This document shows, piece after piece, positions 28,364 to 32,000 of a stretch of DNA of 32,000 nucleotides (the stretch's first letter is position 1; the number at the start of each line of letters is the position of its first letter). The DNA is from Pasteurella multocida (lineage in GTDB: Bacteria; Pseudomonadota; Gammaproteobacteria; Enterobacterales; Pasteurellaceae): positions 990,001 to 1,022,000 of the forward strand of contig NZ_LT906458.1 of assembly GCF_900187275.1 (NCBI RefSeq), given 5' to 3'. Made by a program: the position numbers and the translations under genes. A model generated the notes under the pieces. The model was not told the origin of the DNA. It made no database searches and saw only the letters and a list, made by a program, of their open reading frames with translations.

Positions 28364-29317
28364 TTACTTATTAATACCGTATTGCCGCAACTTATTCGCG
28401 ATTGCGGTATGAGAAACACCCAAACGCGCCGCTAATTTCCGTGTACTGGGATATTGCTCATAAAATTTTCGCAAGACGGTTGCCTCAAATTTACTCATAA
28501 TTTCTTCTAAAGTTTGGTGACTAAACTGCTCTAACGTTACAGGCATCACGTCCTGCTCAATTAAGTTGAGTCCCGCGATACTTAATTGCCCATCCTCCAC
28601 TAACGAGCAGGCACGATATAATGCATTATATAATTCACGCACATTACCTGCCCACGGATAATCTTGTAAATATTGAACAAAATGTGCATCAAAGTGCGGT
28701 ACTGGCATGGCTAATTCTTGACTAATTTGTTGTACAAACAGTTGCACTAAATCCGGTAAATCTTCTTGACGCTCACGTAGTGGTGGCACATTAAGCGTGA
28801 GTACATTTAAACGGTGAAATAAGTCACTTCGCATTTTTCCTTTATCCACATAATATTGCAAAGGAACTTGAGAAGTACAGATCACCCGAACATTGGCGTA
28901 ATGTTCTTTTTCTTCTCCAACGCGGCGGAAGGTACCGTCGTTTAAAAAACGCAATAATTTGGCTTGTAACTCGAGGGACAATTCAGCCACACTATCTAAT
29001 AATACGGTTCCCCCTTCTGCGTACTCAAAAAAGCCTACATATTCTTTGTCTTGCTCACGGCGACCAAACATTTCACTTTCCGCATCTTGCGCAGGTAAAC
29101 CAGCACAATTGACCGCAATAAATTTCTTATGATGACGAGGGCTCGCAAGATGGCATAGTTTAGCAATCAGATCTTTGCCTGTCCCCGTTTCACCTTGAAT
29201 TAATAAGGGTGCGTCACTCATCGCAAATTTCATTGCTTGAGCAACAAGATTCTGCATTTTAGCACTCCGTGCAACAAGCCCAGCAAAAGGCGCCTCCACA
29301 CTTTCATTCAAGGACAT
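28364..29317 (-). CDS. tyrR: Transcriptional regulator TyrR, short form lacking the N-terminal ACT/PAS ligand domain
   Basis: 317 aa. It begins directly at the AAA+ central domain (GETGTGKDL...GGTVLLD...LLRFLNDGTFRRVGE...RVICTSQ...L.YRLNVLTLN.PPLRER) and ends with the TyrR-specific HTH (YPSTRKLAARLGVSHTAIANKLRQYG). No GAFTGA sigma-54 contact motif is seen. Confidence 0.9.
   Translation of the reverse strand: MSLNESVEAPFAGLVARSAKMQNLVAQAMKFAMSDAPLLIQGETGTGKDLIAKLCHLASPRHHKKFIAVNCAGLPAQDAESEMFGRREQDKEYVGFFEYAEGGTVLLDSVAELSLELQAKLLRFLNDGTFRRVGEEKEHYANVRVICTSQVPLQYYVDKGKMRSDLFHRLNVLTLNVPPLRERQEDLPDLVQLFVQQISQELAMPVPHFDAHFVQYLQDYPWAGNVRELYNALYRACSLVEDGQLSIAGLNLIEQDVMPVTLEQFSHQTLEEIMSKFEATVLRKFYEQYPSTRKLAARLGVSHTAIANKLRQYGINK
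28692..28700 (+). repeat. DNA uptake signal sequence core (Hin-type USS)
   Basis: Exact AAGTGCGGT inside tyrR. Confidence 0.9.
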
Positions 29318-29383
29318 AACATTTCCTCACTCGTAAAAAATGCCTCTATGATAGCACTAAAACTGTAAAGATTAAAGAAACAC

Positions 29384-29401
29384 TGGAAAGATAAATTTAC
29401 A
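29384..29401. promoter_or_regulatory. Candidate TyrR box upstream of tyrR
   Basis: TGGAAA-GATAAA-TTTACA has one mismatch to TGTAAA-N6-TTTACA. It lies 67-84 nt upstream of the tyrR ATG and abuts the ycjF stop. A weaker half-match (TGTAAA at 29364-29369) lies 20 nt away. Confidence 0.5.
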
Positions 29402-29403
29402 TT

Positions 29404-30480
29404 TTAAACTTGCTGTTTGACTTTCGTTTTATTGGAACGAAAAAACGTACTTTTTAATTGGCCCAAGAGTTCCTGCTGTATATGATTTAAACGCGGTTTC
29501 TCACCAGCTTGAAAAGCTAAAGGGCGGCAAAATTCCATAGCTTTAATCCCTAAACGTGCTGTTAATAAGCCAACACCGATGCCTTGGGCTGCACGCGCCG
29601 ACAGTTTTGCGGTCAAATCCTGTGACAACCAGTCTAAACCAATATCTTGCACAACTTCTGTCGCACCTGCAAAAGCAAGATTAAGGAGTACCATTTTTAA
29701 TAAACGTAAGCGGCTCCAATAACCTAGCTCAATCCCATAAATTTGGGCAATTTGATTGACCAAACGAATGTTACGCCAAGACAGAAAAAACATATCGATC
29801 ACCGCTAATGGGCTGACTGCTACGATAACTGCCGCCTCTAGCGCACTTTTGCTGATCAATTTTTTAATTTGTACATCAAAGGGATGTAGCACGGTCTGAC
29901 TAAATAAATGCGCCACTTCTTGCGCTGAATATGCGTCATGCAATTGGTTTTGCCATTGTATTAAACCTGGATCTTCTGAAGAGAGCTTAAGCATCTGCGC
30001 CATCTCTGTACACAATGCTTTAATCTGCTGATGTTTTTCAGCACAAAAATCTTGCCCTAAATTGACCGCACTTTCTCGCAATATTTGTTGGCTTTTTTGC
30101 TGTAATGAAAGTCTTTTTTTCAACTTGACGAGGCGTAGCCACTCTTTACCCAGTGATGAGAGCCCTAATAGCAGCACCAAGCATGTCACTAATGAAAACA
30201 CAAAGTAAATCCATTGGTTTTGCTGCCAAGTGTCCACTAACCATTGAATTGATTGAGCAATCACTGCAAAACAAAATAAAAGTGCGGTCAGTGCCAAACC
30301 TGTTTTCCACCAGCGAGATCGCGGTTGCACAATATGCTCAAAAGTCTGTTCAACAAACCTATCCTCTATCACAGTCTCGTCTTTTTCAATATGCATCTCA
30401 CCATGAAATTCGCGTTTAGGGGTAAAATCCACAGCCTCATTTTCCGTCTGTGCTTCAGTAAAAAGACGTTTTTCATTCAT
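29404..30480 (-). CDS. ycjF: YcjF-family (UPF0283) inner-membrane protein
   Basis: 358 aa. It has an N-terminal acidic soluble segment, two adjacent TM helices (WWKTGLALTALLFCFAVIAQ / IYFVFSLVTCLVLLLGL), and a conserved C-terminal half with further hydrophobic segments. Its size and its position after ycjX and before tyrR match E. coli ycjF. Confidence 0.8.
   Translation of the reverse strand: MNEKRLFTEAQTENEAVDFTPKREFHGEMHIEKDETVIEDRFVEQTFEHIVQPRSRWWKTGLALTALLFCFAVIAQSIQWLVDTWQQNQWIYFVFSLVTCLVLLLGLSSLGKEWLRLVKLKKRLSLQQKSQQILRESAVNLGQDFCAEKHQQIKALCTEMAQMLKLSSEDPGLIQWQNQLHDAYSAQEVAHLFSQTVLHPFDVQIKKLISKSALEAAVIVAVSPLAVIDMFFLSWRNIRLVNQIAQIYGIELGYWSRLRLLKMVLLNLAFAGATEVVQDIGLDWLSQDLTAKLSARAAQGIGVGLLTARLGIKAMEFCRPLAFQAGEKPRLNHIQQELLGQLKSTFFRSNKTKVKQQV
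30065..30073 (-). repeat. DNA uptake signal sequence core (Hin-type USS)
   Basis: Exact ACCGCACTT inside ycjF. Confidence 0.9.
30280..30288 (+). repeat. DNA uptake signal sequence core (Hin-type USS)
   Basis: Exact AAGTGCGGT inside ycjF. Confidence 0.9.
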
Positions 30481-30497
30481 ATGTATACTCTACCTCA

Positions 30498-31904
30498 CTA
30501 AAACTTATCACCTAACAGAAACTGTAATACCGAATCCATACGTAAATGCGGTATGTTTTCGCCCGAGGCTAATAACTGCGGCTCAAATTGATCAAATTCA
30601 AATGGCTGATGTTGCCAAAAACTGGCTTGCGGTAACTTACTCGGCACAGTTCCCGGATATAAAGTCACACGCTGCCTATCTCTTGAACGCACGCCGCGTA
30701 ATGCTTTAAAACTTTGCCCATGTTGATTCACGGTCACTTGTTCTGTGGCTCGAATCGCTGCAATGGCGGTATAATCGGTGGTAATACCTTCATATTCCAC
30801 ATAACGCCCTCCTTCTTGGACAAGTTGACGCATCAAGCTCACCAAGTTGGGCAACTGATCGCTTGTAATGTGATCTGCTTTAGTAGCAATAAACATGAGT
30901 TTATCAATACGAGGAGAAAATAAACGATTTAATAACGTCCGCTGACCATAATGAAAATTTTTAAATAACTGCTGTAATGCCTCTTGCATATCTAAAAAGG
31001 CTTGCTGACTATGATTTAACGGCGTCAAACAATCCGCTAAGATAACTTGCCGGTCAAAAGTCGAAAAATAATCACGATAAAAGGCTTTCACAATATGCTG
31101 GCGATAGTGCTCATAACGTTGTGTCAACACGGCAAAATAGCTACCTTGTTTTTTCTCTTGCATTAATTTCTGCCAATCTGCGGCTGAGAGATGCAATAAT
31201 GGAAAAAACTGTAATGCCGGAGCCCCCTCTAATTCACCAGGCAATACAAAACGACCCGGTTGAATAAAATGGAGCCCTTCTTGTTTACAAGCAAGTAAAT
31301 AATCAGTATATGTTTTTGCCAATTGTGCCAACACATCTTCGTCTGCACTCGCACTGAGATCTAAACGATTCACCGCAGCTAACCAATCTTTTGCGAGATC
31401 CGTACGTTGGTTTTGCGTGATCCGTTGCATTTCTACTGACCACTGCTGATAGTTTAGGCTCAGCAAAGGCAAATCTAATAACCATTCTCCGGGATAATCA
31501 AAAATATCGAGATAAAGCGTACCTTTTTCTTTGATATGTCGCCATAATCCCGTATTCCGTTGATAACGAATGGCTAATCGTGTTTCACTCACTCCACGTG
31601 TAGAATGAGGCCAAACAGGTGGATCTTGCATCAATCCTTTTACATTCTGTTCATAATCAAAACGAGGAATATTTAGGTTCACTTGAGGCACCCGTTTCAC
31701 GGCAATGATGGCATGATGGCGTGCGGGTTCAAACAACGGAATGTGTTGATTATCGACACGATTAATGTGCAGTAACTGATTGATAAAACTGGTAATAAAT
31801 GCGGTCTTTCCACTACGGCTCAGCCCTGTCACAGCCAACCGTAAACGACGATCTAAACCACGATTAATGATTTCACTGACTTCTTTTTGTACATAATTTA
31901 ACAT
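30498..31904 (-). CDS. ycjX: YcjX-family P-loop NTPase
   Basis: 468 aa with N-terminal Walker A LAVTGLSRSGKTAF, DYPGEW (Walker B-like) and ATKADH (NKxD-like) motifs. It lies 17 nt upstream of ycjF in the same orientation. Confidence 0.85.
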   Translation of the reverse strand: MLNYVQKEVSEIINRGLDRRLRLAVTGLSRSGKTAFITSFINQLLHINRVDNQHIPLFEPARHHAIIAVKRVPQVNLNIPRFDYEQNVKGLMQDPPVWPHSTRGVSETRLAIRYQRNTGLWRHIKEKGTLYLDIFDYPGEWLLDLPLLSLNYQQWSVEMQRITQNQRTDLAKDWLAAVNRLDLSASADEDVLAQLAKTYTDYLLACKQEGLHFIQPGRFVLPGELEGAPALQFFPLLHLSAADWQKLMQEKKQGSYFAVLTQRYEHYRQHIVKAFYRDYFSTFDRQVILADCLTPLNHSQQAFLDMQEALQQLFKNFHYGQRTLLNRLFSPRIDKLMFIATKADHITSDQLPNLVSLMRQLVQEGGRYVEYEGITTDYTAIAAIRATEQVTVNQHGQSFKALRGVRSRDRQRVTLYPGTVPSKLPQASFWQHQPFEFDQFEPQLLASGENIPHLRMDSVLQFLLGDKF

Positions 31905-32000
31905 ACTACGTTTCTTTTCTTCCGGTGCGCTATATGTAAATCCAAGATAATAAAAAAACCTGAATTTTTTCTTAATCGGATTTATTCAAGATCAGTCGTA

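Noticed and set aside
31905-32000. Possible sigma-32 promoter (CTTGAA ... CCCCATNT) upstream of ycjX, given heat-shock regulation of the E. coli ortholog
   Set aside because: CTTGAA-like hexamers occur (31967-31972 and 31945-31950 on minus), but no acceptable -10 element lies at 13-17 nt spacing. The window also ends at 32000, so the real promoter may lie outside it.

Overview
This is a chromosomal core-genome window from a Pasteurellaceae-type gammaproteobacterium. The assignment rests on 15 exact copies of the Hin-type DNA uptake signal sequence core AAGTGCGGT/ACCGCACTT, an AT-rich genome, and gene order. Coding is dense: 27 protein genes and 2 tRNAs, almost all recognisable housekeeping functions. 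In order they are: csdA (3' end)-csdE; hldE and the divergent lpxL(htrB); a tightly packed minus-strand chain modF-qmcA-ybbJ(nfeD)-flavodoxin-like NAD(P)H oxidoreductase-TorD/YcdY-like chaperone; sstT; an isolated SOS-box-controlled UmuD-like gene; aceE-aceF-lpdA; ptsH-ptsI-crr; rsgA and the divergent orn; two identical tRNA-Gly(GCC); tsaE-amiB-mutL-miaA-hfq-hflX; and ycjX-ycjF-tyrR. The blocks rsgA/orn/tRNA-Gly/tsaE-amiB-mutL-miaA-hfq-hflX and ycjX-ycjF-tyrR keep E. coli-like synteny, but queG, nnr, hflKC and pdhR are absent here. I see no transposase, integrase, prophage, CRISPR array or obvious defence island, and I cannot honestly point to a clear novel multi-gene system. The best candidates for a second look are these. 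(1) An orphan UmuD/S24-fold protein has lost the Ser and Lys catalytic residues and the cleavage site, yet sits behind two tandem LexA boxes. (2) An unusual five-gene chain joins ModF, SPFH/NfeD, a flavodoxin-like oxidoreductase and a TorD-family chaperone with no Tat-substrate partner. (3) A ~700 bp ORF-free AT-rich leader lies upstream of aceE, with a perfect 21-bp palindrome. (4) The C8 and A8 homopolymers lie in the mutL linker. (5) An inverted USS pair sits inside the first codons of hflX, just after hfq. Several ORF-track starts are N-terminal over-extensions and have been trimmed (lpdA, rsgA, amiB, mutL, miaA, hfq).
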